Shown piece after piece: positions 48,201 to 58,334 of a DNA stretch of 64,000 bases (positions within the stretch are counted from its first letter, which is position 1; every line of letters starts with the position of its first letter). The notes beneath the pieces are model-generated. The model saw only the letters and a program-made list of their open reading frames with translations, had not been told where the DNA came from and did not search any database. The position numbers and the translations under genes are program-made. Source of the DNA: Monocercomonoides exilis PA203 (lineage: Eukaryota; Protista; Preaxostyla); the NCBI GenBank assembly GCA_001643675.2, contig LSRY02000001.1, forward strand, positions 1,612,001 through 1,676,000, read 5' to 3'.

Positions 48201-51200
48201 GGCTGCGCACTGGTGAATGTGTTGAGAGTGGTCGCTGCATCCAGAAACGGACAGAAGCAGTTGCAGAAGAAGTGTACACGTGTCAAGGATGTGCAGCCAA
48301 CGATGGTGGCAACGATGTCTCCATTTTCGTTGTGCGTGACGGTGCTGATGTTGAGAATAGGACGAGGACTCAAAACACCCAGGCGCTTTGCTCCGGTGAT
48401 GAGATAGCCTATTTGCTGAGGGGATGATGGAAGTGAAGAAGAAGAAGAAGAAGAAGAGGAGGAGGAGGATGATGATGAGGAGCATGAAGAAGAAGAAGCA
48501 GAAGCTGAATCAGCTCCAGATGATTCATCGTATCCTGAAATGATTGACACGCGCATCTCCTTGTCTGTCTTCCAGTTGTACAGAAGATAGTCTCCACCAA
48601 CCAGATTCCCCGACAGCATCACAATGTCGTTGCCCACCATGATGTCACTTGTGCAGTCCTTTTGTGGATAATACCTGTCATTCAGCAGCAAAAGGCGGAT
48701 GTATTCTCCATTCTGCTCTGAGACACCCGGCCACGACACAAGCAGCTGCTGCCCCTTCAGCCCGACTGCTACACGGTGCACGTTCTCTGCATCGTCTGTG
48801 CTGCATGCTCTTCTGTTCATGTCGATGTTGAAGTGAAGCGTGCGGGTGTCCAGCCCATGCCCACTGGCAGTGGTGATGTTCACTTCAGACACATCCTCCA
48901 ACTCTCCCAGAGTGATCTCCCCTTTTTCATCGCTCATCAGCCTCACCCCATCTTTGGTGAACGTGTTCGATCTTTTCATAGCTCTGAAGAAGAACTGGCA
49001 CGAACACATCTGATTCGGAACAGGCTCCCCTGTCAGCCCATACAGCGACACCACAAATCCTCTTTTAAGGTCGTGGCGGATCGAACCGCTGACAATGTTG
49101 TTTGTGCTTCCTGCGCTTTCCACAACAACATGCCGCTTCGAAGACACTGTCACAACTCTCTCCAAATCAGAGGCAATGCGAATTTTCCCTTCAACAAGCA
49201 CATCCAGCGATCTCAGCCCTTCACTCGACACGTGGTAGTCCACAACAGAGTCAGCTGTGTCGCTAAAGGTAACCTCTCCTGCATGAGTGGTGATGGGAAT
49301 GTTCTGCCTGTCGAACGACGTGAATGTCACAGCCACGTTCTCCACCAAAGTGACTGATGCGCTCACACCATTGCATTTCAGCGACGGATGAAGCAGCACT
49401 TTCGTTGTGCTGTTTGGTGTCAATGCTTCTCTGTCCACATAAACACCCACCTCAAACTGGTACTCTTCTCTCCGGTGCACAAACGGCCACCGCACGCAGA
49501 ACGGGATTGGGCGGCAGCCGTCGCTCAGAAGAATCGTCTTCCGAACACCATTGCCGTCTGACCCGTTGTTCTGCACGCTCTCTGTCGTGTACGGAATGAG
49601 GATTTCTCCTTCCTGAAGCAGATTGTTTTTCTTCTCGGCTGGCTCTTTGCTTTGAGATTCGCTAACTTCTGAACTTTCATCCTCTTTCTCTTCTTTGTCC
49701 CCCACAAGCACAGGCGTTGATGGCTTCATTGGAGTTTCTGTTTCTTCTGCTTTCTCTTCCATCAGATTCCCCTCGGAACCTTCATGTTCTGCATCACTTG
49801 TGCTTTCGCAAAGTGCACCTCCATGCATTCTTTTGTACTCCTTCGCATTCTCTGCTTCTTCTTCCGCTTCGCTCAGCCCTCCGTATTTTTTCCCATCAAC
49901 CCAAACACAACCTCGTCCATTTGTAATCAGCCTGTTCTTCTCGTCCAGCACACACACTGCATGTCCTTCCACAGTGCAGCGACTGACAAGCCGAAGACTT
50001 CCCTTCCGAATGAGAGCACGCGACGCCTGCCCTCCTCCACACAGCATCACCATAAACACACCCCTCTTCCCTGTCATCCAATCCAGTGGGATCACCAGCT
50101 CCTTCCGCATACCTGCATTGCCCACGGGCCCTTCCAGCTCTTCTTCGACAACAGGCGAGAGGCCGTCGAGGTCGATGTCTGTCCCAATCTCCTTGTCCTC
50201 CATCGTGTAGCACGCATACGTGTTCAACTCATACAGCCGCATCTGCACTTTCTCGATGTTCTTCACACGCACGCGCAGCTCCACTGCATCTTCCGCTGCG
50301 AAGGTCGTTTTGTTCGTCTCGACAATGTCGAGTTCAGTGCGCTGGCGCACCGTCTCCATAAACCCTGCCTCAGAAGTGCTCATGTTCATCTCCTCGATGC
50401 CCTTCACATCACCTTTCAGCAGCATCGCCTCCAGCACACGCTTCCGCAGTTCTTCTTCTGATATGTAATCAGAAAAGACTTTGCTGTCTTCACCGTTCAT
50501 AATGAAGTGCGTCAAGTAGTCGCGGACAAGATCATTCGAATCGAACACCTCTTTCTGCACACAGCGGATAACGTAATTATTCCTCGAAATTCTCTCTGGC
50601 AATCTTGATGATCCCTGTAAGCTCTTTTGGAAACCTGTTTGAATGTATAAGTCACTTTGGGGAATTTCAATGTATTTAATAAACTTCTCCTTTGATGGAG
50701 CTCCCCGCTTCCAGTCGAACAGCAAGCACATCCCCATCAGAGCAATCTTTGTCTGGTTGTTGAATGAAGTCAATCTCTGAGACAGCTCCCAAAGTTTTTC
50801 GTAATACTCTTCCTGCGCCTTCTGATCGTTTTCAAACAGAATTTCACTTGTGGGTCTCATTGCTTCAACCAATGCTTCCACAAAAGAGTTTTCTTTCAAA
50901 ACTTCACTATGTCGTCTCTCGATTTCTTCCAATTGATCAAGGGTAAGTTTCTTTGTAATGTCTGAAAATCGTCCATTCAAGCTCAAAAATGAATCAACAA
51001 TATCTACAGTCTTTGGATGGGAGCAATTTGGCATTATAGATAACATTTTTAACAATTCTGTTTTTGATTGTTTCATAGACATAATGTCCCAAAGGCCTTC
51101 AGAAGTAATATAAGAAAAAAACGTGTTTGAATTCATGAATTGCTTGCAATTTGCTTTGAAAGAAACAATTTCCTGTTCAAGAAAAGTCGGCGGCTTATCC

Positions 51201-51577
51201 TTTGTTTCAAGTGCAAACGTGGTACCAATGGTATTTCTCGTATGAGTGAAGCTCATCTTTAAAATATCATCTCTTAAATAATCAACCACTTTTTCCTTTG
51301 CTTTTTCATCGTATGATGTAAAACTCAACAAATGTCGTCGAAGTGTCATTACTTGATAATTTCCAAACTCTGCAGATGTTTGATTTCGCAATTGCTTGAG
51401 AAGTTCCTTCTCTGTTTGAGTTTCAGCATCTGGGCTTTTAATCTGCTCATTCAAAATGCTGTAATAAAAATAGTCCTGTGAAAGAGGAGTGAGTTGCTTA
51501 ATCGCATTAATTCGCTGCTCTTCATTTGTTGCAAACACAAATGATTCCAGAAAACGAGTTTTTGCAGTATCAGACAT
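42293..51577 (-). CDS. ~3095-aa conserved hypothetical protein (possibly macroglobulin-like beta-sandwich domains)
   Basis: Uninterrupted 9.3-kb ORF. Likely start MSDTAKTRFLESFVFA..IKQLTPLSQDYFYYSIL. Conserved-looking blocks TDIDLDGL, SRALIRKGSL and C-terminal LPGVYVKVF..FVKDGFTDLRGCFDYLS..FSVLILSTTHG. Confidence 0.8.
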   Translation of the reverse strand: MSDTAKTRFLESFVFATNEEQRINAIKQLTPLSQDYFYYSILNEQIKSPDAETQTEKELLKQLRNQTSAEFGNYQVMTLRRHLLSFTSYDEKAKEKVVDYLRDDILKMSFTHTRNTIGTTFALETKDKPPTFLEQEIVSFKANCKQFMNSNTFFSYITSEGLWDIMSMKQSKTELLKMLSIMPNCSHPKTVDIVDSFLSLNGRFSDITKKLTLDQLEEIERRHSEVLKENSFVEALVEAMRPTSEILFENDQKAQEEYYEKLWELSQRLTSFNNQTKIALMGMCLLFDWKRGAPSKEKFIKYIEIPQSDLYIQTGFQKSLQGSSRLPERISRNNYVIRCVQKEVFDSNDLVRDYLTHFIMNGEDSKVFSDYISEEELRKRVLEAMLLKGDVKGIEEMNMSTSEAGFMETVRQRTELDIVETNKTTFAAEDAVELRVRVKNIEKVQMRLYELNTYACYTMEDKEIGTDIDLDGLSPVVEEELEGPVGNAGMRKELVIPLDWMTGKRGVFMVMLCGGGQASRALIRKGSLRLVSRCTVEGHAVCVLDEKNRLITNGRGCVWVDGKKYGGLSEAEEEAENAKEYKRMHGGALCESTSDAEHEGSEGNLMEEKAEETETPMKPSTPVLVGDKEEKEDESSEVSESQSKEPAEKKNNLLQEGEILIPYTTESVQNNGSDGNGVRKTILLSDGCRPIPFCVRWPFVHRREEYQFEVGVYVDREALTPNSTTKVLLHPSLKCNGVSASVTLVENVAVTFTSFDRQNIPITTHAGEVTFSDTADSVVDYHVSSEGLRSLDVLVEGKIRIASDLERVVTVSSKRHVVVESAGSTNNIVSGSIRHDLKRGFVVSLYGLTGEPVPNQMCSCQFFFRAMKRSNTFTKDGVRLMSDEKGEITLGELEDVSEVNITTASGHGLDTRTLHFNIDMNRRACSTDDAENVHRVAVGLKGQQLLVSWPGVSEQNGEYIRLLLLNDRYYPQKDCTSDIMVGNDIVMLSGNLVGGDYLLYNWKTDKEMRVSIISGYDESSGADSASASSSSCSSSSSSSSSSSSSSSSLPSSPQQIGYLITGAKRLGVLSPRPILNISTVTHNENGDIVATIVGCTSLTRVHFFCNCFCPFLDAATTLNTFTSAQPKVVLFRGAKKSEFVSNKVMGTEQLYVLNRKLALPRLGNSLYPPSMVMHPVMTRVTEKKQLRLIADESMQSSTADAEDGELEKLIRLDPCGYSGKETGKVAEVEWDAYRGDAAGGGNANNLDFLARKPKIVLNRKPVDIVEEGSFCGADTGDGDGSELERMRRESEMYRAKVAVLRKEEIGKGHRMVTIVAADDERVVVKQIALDVELLKKIYEREKTDGTLAKKAEEKRNKKNKKAERLLGKTEENESESESDGDSDNDGEEDEEDIGSEIANDLRFMEPFDPNTSVVEKKSAFVLLPESIMKTAHSSSRSKMMVAENGKEDCDDEEEGHENDGDEEEEDSDDDSTVGDEKSKSSSSPLSKIDKLTRLLLNDSRTKSIKPLNLVPVSYDKSIRNKAVVHNVEKGKWAMYDSLPSLLSLLKGMASNTGFSEVGASLRVWEGLVANWGRLPDKEKIYRMGAFPCHEMFFFVKKKSPALFERVVVPLLKNKREKTLMDYLLLDTQDVALLLGYVESSRFEELNALEQILLIYQIWRCRSRGAGKTKGKKENSRDGEGEGGEGEDRDKSGWVEREKEREEDGRELIGPGICASILQRSLCESIRQNEITEHDANVLKSSFLEVARVKDKKNAKTNRRLLADTKAFEIALASGVCKKLEDTKKKRLQVKASKQEAKGKGKGKDKGKEETKEVEEEEEELDTLLQQDVEKEEKKTNQSSSSSSSISSSSSSSSSSVYSSYSSSSTSGSASYVPTVFDSYPGISGANAYEEEECAAADEELDGGGIFIPTRNERFRSMLSSQSEMLNSNLDQTLARCYEVGSSPRSDSPKKGAGLSFSMPFFGGLSSKRRASPSPPRHKAMKKIASYGMGQEDFCRYMPKAAPMSMPEPMPQPFPADVVNARQKQLPAVPRFHQVEPTKEYREAQYHNVKHANASLIPWNAFYADYAEYLLNGWGEEDEGSVSSSSSASSGIHHGKVPFLSRNITGCITTFASAAFALSLTDISLTSVEQQVEFEKHVAHALKPSASASASSSSSASEERDGDSVQKEGTNVIITPTSPILFLYKETSQVTKKAERNEKGEIIFVPIVQKDNQNTSIQLPQSASSSSSSSSSASSISISSSSSSSSSLAFCPQNIMIEQFFVDLSDPTEFDASGLDVPKRVIGSLHPRRAYKSIVVINNPTIKEQSLKVVVQIPEGSIALNKTKITETFSVTVKAFSTSQLTSYLYFPFEGTYVHYPAQVVGKNGKLLATTSKVLSKVKVDCTIRPSERKGWSYLSQDGSGEELCAFLGEGDLFSPEIKLSDMCWRFVKDKELFVRVINILRSRFVFSKDVWSYALLHREPVWAIRDYLQWNGGEKSVESPVQNNSHALSRIIPVSHTINSAIFSYDPTLFGQMNVFDYRPLINARSIRSGRQLEIPDITFNKHYLEYLDFLAHKMASGNCCVNYHSEDADDENEKDKPEPLGKSEGDEKVVPSGGFVTVSDDDKLILSYYLVLQDRIEEAQRLFDSIESGNIETIRKRVKGLLADKEDEETDTTETDSVDNSSLSNVSTTGERNVSQQDKEIDMVIQYDYMSAYFDFTRASMAASATSSSSSSSSSSSSSSTPSKPHANSWALGEEVPPLKIARSVAARYKNCPITRWKLMFDELRLQLREIDDLYERVKKRGKDGTNLKDEDEFGANDVVLDDPSRLKDEEGGEGEREREMRQKRKAEKYKLRGNEKEKKDVTLSMEVQPQRGQIVLKQKNGHLKQVKLRFFFVDVELMFSLNPFVQEVGEQFSVIKPTFELKASFAASSSASAPASASSASQSEIVASPLVAPEYTASRRKGAKLLEEITVSVPEEMRSKDMFVEAVYGNVRQTGKWFNHQMSIEVYESTGRLAVRQADNLKPLPGVYVKVFTKDGSVSSSEKAQFVKDGFTDLRGCFDYLSVNEATKASRDFVPLGQRLKKKSSLSNKKFSVLILSTTHGSDVVEVQAPAE

Positions 51578-51699
51578 GCTCAAAATCGTTCTCAATTCGA
51601 TCAATCCCATACTATAAAACATGAAAACATAAATTTGGTATAAATCCATTATTATTTTTATTCAAATATTTTTTAAAAAAAATATAAAAATAAAATTAA

Positions 51700-52830
51700 T
51701 TATTTTAGAATTGCTTGTGTTGTATCCACTTGCACCGATTCCTTCCCTTCAACACCTATCACAGGAGAAATAATGCACACTCCATCATCAAAAGTCGTTG
51801 CAGGAGGAAGATCATCTGGTATGGATGTTGGCACAGTTAGTGGGCTTTCAGACGAAGCAGAAAACATTACTTGATTTTTTTGAAATTCCTTTCTTGCGTC
51901 TTCGGACGCGTAATCAAGTGTGAATGTAACTAAAGCAATTTAAAATTTCATTTGAACGTTCACAAATAAAAAATGAAATTAAAAAAAAAAATAAAAAAAA
52001 TAAAAAAAATATAAAAATATAAAAATATAAAAATATAAAAATATAAAAATATAAAAATATAAAAATAAAAAATAAAAAATAAAAAATAAAAAATAAAAAA
52101 TAAAAAATAAAAAATAAAAAATAAAAAATAAAAAATAAAAAATAAAAAATAAAAAATAAAAAATAAAAAATAAAAAATAAAAAATAAAAAATAAAAAATA
52201 AAAAATAAAACGAAATTTCCAAACACAATAAAATTATAACGAACTGCTTCATAAAAAAACTCAAAATCGCTCAAAACACACCATCAACATTTACAGCAGG
52301 TGCCAAAGGAGCGGGCGCCCTTACCTGAAATGAACGCATGCCATGTGTCATAACACAGAATTTATTCCTACCATTTGCTTGAGTTGAAAACAAAATCTTT
52401 AGAAAATGTTCCGTTGCTGTAAAAATTTCAGCCATTTGCAATAATTTCAAAAATTGTGAAATATAACTGTTGCTTTCAAAAAAGAAGAAAATGCAAAACC
52501 TGGAATTCCAATTGATAAAATAACTTCTCCTTCTGTACCATCTTGTCCCATGACTTGCATAACTTTTTGGAGAAAACGTTAATATTGAGCTTAAAATACA
52601 AAGACATTCAAAACCTTGGAAAATTGCTTCAGTAGATCGTGGCATCACAGGGTTAATAAAGCCCACAAGTGCCCCCTTTTCAATTGTTACTCCTGTCCCC
52701 TCCAGTGGACGAATAAACTTTGAAAAAGAAAAGAAAAGTAAGAATTTCACATGACAATTGAATGACAAAAAATAAAAATGAATCACACTTCATCCGTGTT
52801 ATTATGAATTCTAAATATAACGTTTGACAT
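51700..52830 (-). CDS. Small 5-exon protein with aegerolysin/actinoporin-like N-terminal beta-sandwich (missed by ORF track)
   Basis: Exons 52830-52789, 52717-52615, 52562-52500, 52416-52282 and 51929-51700 join in frame through GT-AG introns: MSNVIFRIHNNTDEFIRPLEGTGVTIEKGALVGFINPVMPRSTEAIFQVMQVMGQDGTEGEVILSIGIPATEHFLKILFSTQANGRNKFCV...VDVTFTLDY... Confidence 0.65.
52008..52210. repeat. Intronic AT-only tandem array (TATAAAAA)n followed by (TAAAAAA)n
   Basis: Directly visible; lies within predicted intron 51930-52281. Confidence 0.9.
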
Positions 52831-53459
52831 TTTCAAAAGAGGAGAAGAGCTGAGCAAAAACTTTGCGTACAAAAGGCTCGATTTTCAAATCATTAGTAAA
52901 AATAGTTTTTAAATGGGATGCTTCTGAAAAGAGTAATTATAAAATAACTGGATGATCAAAAAATTTGTTTAACAATTATAGAAGCTTAGCGTTTAGTCAC
53001 AAGAAAGGGCAAAAAAAAGTTTCTTGAGCGAAATGAAAGAATAAGAAAAATAGTTCAAAAAACATCGAAACAACAATAATCGAAAACTCGAAATGCCTCC
53101 AAAACTATTTGTTAATTTCACCTTGGAAAATAATAAACTTTAAGTCAACAAACCAGCAAGATGCAAAATTATTTAGGTTCAAAAAAAATTTTAAAAAAAC
53201 ATCATAATTGAGAGGCATCCAAAAAATAAAAAAATAAAAGATAATAAACTACAAAATCGGTTGAAAACTTCTGTTTTTCCATCAGAAATATTTGTTGGAA
53301 GAAGAAAGTCATCACAAAAAGAAGGAAAAGTAATTAATTTTTTTGAATTTATCTTTATTTGACTGCAAAAAAAAAAAGGGATGACTGTTAATTCTTTGGT
53401 GCTTCCTCAATGAGGCATAACTGGTGGTGACATTCGGCTCAGAGAATTCTATCAAAATA

Positions 53460-53511
<52 letters not shown>

Positions 53512-53805
53512 AGAATAGAAAGAATAAATGACAATAAAAGTTATAAAAAAAAAATAAATATTAAAAAAGAGAATCAATTGTTAAATAAATAAATAAATAA
53601 ATAAATAAAATAATAAAAAAATATAAAAAATCAAATTCATTTCCACGCATATTTATATGATGATTAACAAATAAAAGCATTTCAACATTTTCATTTCAAT
53701 CAAAAATTTTCATTCATTTTTGAAAAATAAAAAATAAAAAATGATCAACATATTAATCTGTATCACAATTTCATATAAAATCCATAGAAGACTCTTCAGT
53801 CACAA

Positions 53806-56800
53806 TCATACTGATGATACACGATGGAATCCCTTTGGCAATGGCTGATTGCTTCCTGCATTCAGACGCCGATTGGCTTCGCTATCAGAAGAAGAGGGAG
53901 AAGAAGAAGATGATGAAGAAGAAGGAGAAGAGGAAGAGGAAGAAGAAGATGTTGTTGCTGATGATGATGAAGGAGGACGAGGAGGTCTTTGAGAAGGAGA
54001 AGAAGAACCAGATGACTTATAAGAAGAAGAAGAAGAATAACTCCCTGAATTCTTTCTCTCACCTCCTCTTCCACTTCCTCCTCCTCTGGAAGGCGATTGT
54101 GCACGCGTATACACCTGTGCATTAGCAGCAGCTGATTGCGAGCGATAGAGCGAAGGAAAAGCAACAGGTTTTATTCCCACAAGAAGAGCTTCGCTTTCTG
54201 CATCCAACGAAGAAGCTGTGAGTGGAGGAGATAGACCGCCTGTGGAGGAGTGAGAGGATGAGAGAGTGGAAGAGAGAGAAGAAAGAGAAGGGCTTTTGGA
54301 AAGAGAAGAAGAAGAGGAGGAAGAAGAAGAGGATGAGGAAGAAGAAGAAGTTCTTCTTCTTCCAGGTGATGTTATTGAATTCTTTCTGTTTGAACTTAAA
54401 TTAGCATTGTTTGTCTTATTATTATTATTGCTAATGCTGCTTTTTCTCTCTCTTTCAGCTGAAATTGATCTAACTGAGCTTCTTCTCATTGAAGAAGAAG
54501 CGGAGAAGGAAGAAGAAGAAGAAGAAGAAGTTGGCGTTGCTCTTTCTCTTTCTCTTCCTCTCTCTCTTGATGCAACACTCGAAGCAGAAGAAGGACGAGA
54601 AAGAGAAGATTTATTAGAAGAAGAAGAAGAAGAAGAGGAAGAAGAAGAATTAAGGTTGGCATAAGATGTATTAGGTGATTGATGGGGTGTTGGTGTTCTT
54701 GCCAGAGGAGCAAAAGAAGAAGAAGAGGAAGAGGAAGAGGAAGAAGAAGTTAAGCTATTTCTTCTTGGAGATTGACTTCTTTGTGGATAATTACTTGATT
54801 TATATGAAGAAGAAGAAGAAGAAGAAGAAGATGATGATGATGATTTTTCATTCTTCTTCATCATCTTTTGTTTGTTTTCTCTCTCTCTTGTCATCTTCTG
54901 CTCATCCAATATAAGCGCTCTTAGTTCAGATGGCATATCCGAATCTTCATTCATTTCTTTCTCTTTCTCTTTCTCTTCTTCTTCTCTTCTTTCTTCTTTC
55001 TCGTTGTTTTTCTTGTTATTTGAAGAAGAAGAAGAAGAAGAAGAAGAAGAAGAAGAACTTCCATATCTTGAAGCAGAAGCCGATCTCTTTTTGAGAGAAG
55101 GCGAATGAAGCAACGAATATGACCCGCTCTTCCTCAAACTCGGCTCTTTCATCAAAATTCTGTTGATTTCTTCGTTTTCTCCTTCTCTGACTCTCAAATC
55201 TTTGTTATTATTATTATTATTAATCTCTTTGTTCCTCTTTTCCCCTCCTTCTCCTTCTCTTTCTCCTTCTCTTTCTCCTTCTCTTCCTCTCTTAAACGAA
55301 GGAGGAAGAGGAATCGTATGTGGTTTGAACGTGCATCCTTCTAAATCAATGTCCTTTGTCTCGTTTTGCCTCTGTTTTCGCCATTCTTCTCTTTGTTCGA
55401 TGAAATCTCTGCCCTTTCGGTAGAGATAGTCAGGAGAAGGAGAACGGGAATGAGAGCGAGAACGAAGAGAAGAAGAAGAAGAAGAAGAAGAAGAAGAAGA
55501 AGAAGAAGAAGAAGAAGAAGAAGAAGAAGAAGAAGAAGAGGAGGAGGAGGAGGAGGAGGAGGAAGAAGAAGGGAAAGAAGGAGAAGAAGAACGAAGGGAG
55601 TTTAAAGAAGGAGAAGGAGAACGACGAGAAGAAGAAGAAGAAGAAGATGATGATGATGATGAAGGAGTATGAAATTCATAAGAAGACATATTTTTGGGTG
55701 TTGGATGAGAAAGAGGAACACGAGAAGAAGAAGAAGAAGAATTATGTTTCATTGAAGAATTAAATGAAGAATCTAAAGAAGAACGTGAAGAATAACTAGA
55801 AGCAGAAGAAGGACGTGAAAGTCGTTTGCGATTGGAAGAAGAAGAAGAAGAGGAGGAGGAAGAAGAAGAATATGAAGGTGTAATCATCTTTCCAACAGTA
55901 TCACACAAACGAGAAATATGACGAGAAGAAGAAGAAGAAGAAGAAGCAGAAGAAGAAGATGATGAAGAAGATGATGAATTTGTAGCAAAAGAAGGAGAAA
56001 CAGGGCGAGTAAGCTTCAATCCGTACTTTTCTCTTCTTTTTGCAGCAGCAACAGAAGAAGAAGAAGAAGAAGAAGAACTATCAAAGTTGTTTGAGGTTCG
56101 ATTTATTCTTCCTGCTGAAAGAGATCTAACAGGTGTTCTTTGAGAAGAAGAAGAAGAAGCGCTAATACTTCGGCTTCTTTCTCTTCCTCTTTCGTTTTCT
56201 CTTTCTCTTTCTCTTCCTCTTCCTCTTTTACTGTCATCATTATGATAAGAAGGCACTCCAAATTTTCCTGTTGTTTTTCCCTGGCTTTTATTTGAGCTCA
56301 AAGAAATTGGCTTTTTCTGATTAAAATTTGAAGAAGAAGAAGAAGTTTTTTTATCTTTTTTTCCTTCTTCTTCATCATCGTCTTTCTCTATCTCTGCTAG
56401 TCTGCGTGTGATGTCCTTCTCAAAATCTGAGTCTTCTGATTCTTCTCTTTCTCCTTCGTTTTCTCTTTTCTCTTTATTCTTTTTCTCTTTTCCTTCTTCT
56501 TCCTTCTTTTCCTTTTTTTCTTCATCGTTTTCTTCTTCTTCTTCTTCTTCTTCTTCTTCCTTCTCTTCATCCCATTTCCCATGCACTGTGGTTGTAGACG
56601 ACGCATTCTTCAATGCAGGCGCAGACAAATCAAACGGAACAGGAGAAGTTAAACGAAAAGAAGAAGAAGAAGAAGAAGAAGAATTAAAAGAAGAAGAAGA
56701 AGAGGAAGAGGAGGAAGAAGATGAAGGAGTCAAACACAAAGAAATAGAAAGCGATCCATTGTTCATTTCTTCTTCTCCTTCTTCTTCTTTTTTATTCACA

Positions 56801-57049
56801 TTTTTATTTCTATGTGAAGTTTTGCCTGCAAATGAAGAAGAAGAAGAAGAAGAAGAAGAGCCAAAGGAAGGAGAAAAAGGGAGTTTGGGAGAAGGCACAC
56901 AAGAAGCATGAGAGTGTCTGGAAGGAGAATGAGGTGAAGCCGCAACAATAGACTGGGCGAGCAGTGAGGAAGAAGGGAGCGATGGAAAAGTTTTGATTTT
57001 GGTGAATTCTGTGGGGTGGGTGGGGCGATAGAGAGAAGATGAAGGAGAA

Positions 57050-57080
<31 letters not shown>

Positions 57081-57363
57081 TAGAAGACAAAGAAGAAGAA
57101 GCAGAAGGGCTGAGAACATACGAAGAAGTTAAGGAAAGAGGAGAAGTTGGAGGCAGCGAAACAGAAAGAGAAGAAGGGGTTTGAACAGGCTGAGGCGAAA
57201 GGGGGATTTTTGGGATGGAAAAAGGAGGGTTTCCTAAGCGCTGTTTGGGAGAAGAGAGGAAGTTGTTCTTCTCAAAGAGAGGGCGGCCGCCGATGAAGGT
57301 GGTGTGGAAGGTGCAGCTCTGAGGGAAAAAAAATGAGAGAGAGAGAGAGAGAGATAGATAGAT

Positions 57364-57401
<38 letters not shown>

Positions 57402-57473
57402 ATAAATAAATAGATAAATAGATAAATAGATAGATAAATAGATAGATAAATAGATAGATAAATAGATAGATAA

Positions 57474-57566
<93 letters not shown>

Positions 57567-58269
57567 GAAAGAGAAATAATAAAAAGAGAAGAGAGAAAGA
57601 AATATATAAATAAAGATTTATATGGAAAAAAAAATGAAAAATGTTGAAAAATAAATAAAGTTAAGATTTGTTTATGATTTCACAATAAATTGAATATCAC
57701 CCAAAAATAAAAGAAAAATAAAAGAAAAAATAGAAAATATTTAAAAATACACATAGACAAAATTCATTTTCATAACAAACCGCCAAATAAACCAACTCCT
57801 TTTCCTCTTCGTCTAGGTCATCCCACACAATCATATCTGCCTCTTCTCCTTCTTCTCCTTCCTCCGCAAACTCCGCTCGTGACTTCGAAATATTCCGCGT
57901 CTCGCCCGTTTTCCCTTTCTTCCCATTAGAAATGCTGCTGTTTTGTGTCATTTTCATCCCTCCATTCTTCATTCTCTCCATCTCTCTTCTTTTTCTCTCC
58001 TTCGCTCTTCTTGCCGCTATATTCGTCCTCACAAAGTCATAAAACAACCTTTCATTCGCTGATACCCCTCCATTTTCTCCTCCTCTTTCTCCTCCTCCTC
58101 CCTCTTTCTCTTTCCCTTTTCCCTTGACTGTCCTTCTGAACCCTTCCTCAATCGCCTTCAGCGCCTTTTCCCGCTTCTTCTGCCGCTCTTCCTCTTGCTC
58201 TTTGCCCAGACGCTTCAGGCGATCTTCAATTAGCTCATTCTAATTGTGAATATACGTGTGTGTTCGGTG

Positions 58270-58334
<65 letters not shown>

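Noticed and set aside
51914-52274. ORFs of (FLFFIFY)n
   Set aside because: Translations of an AT-only intronic tandem repeat, not coding.
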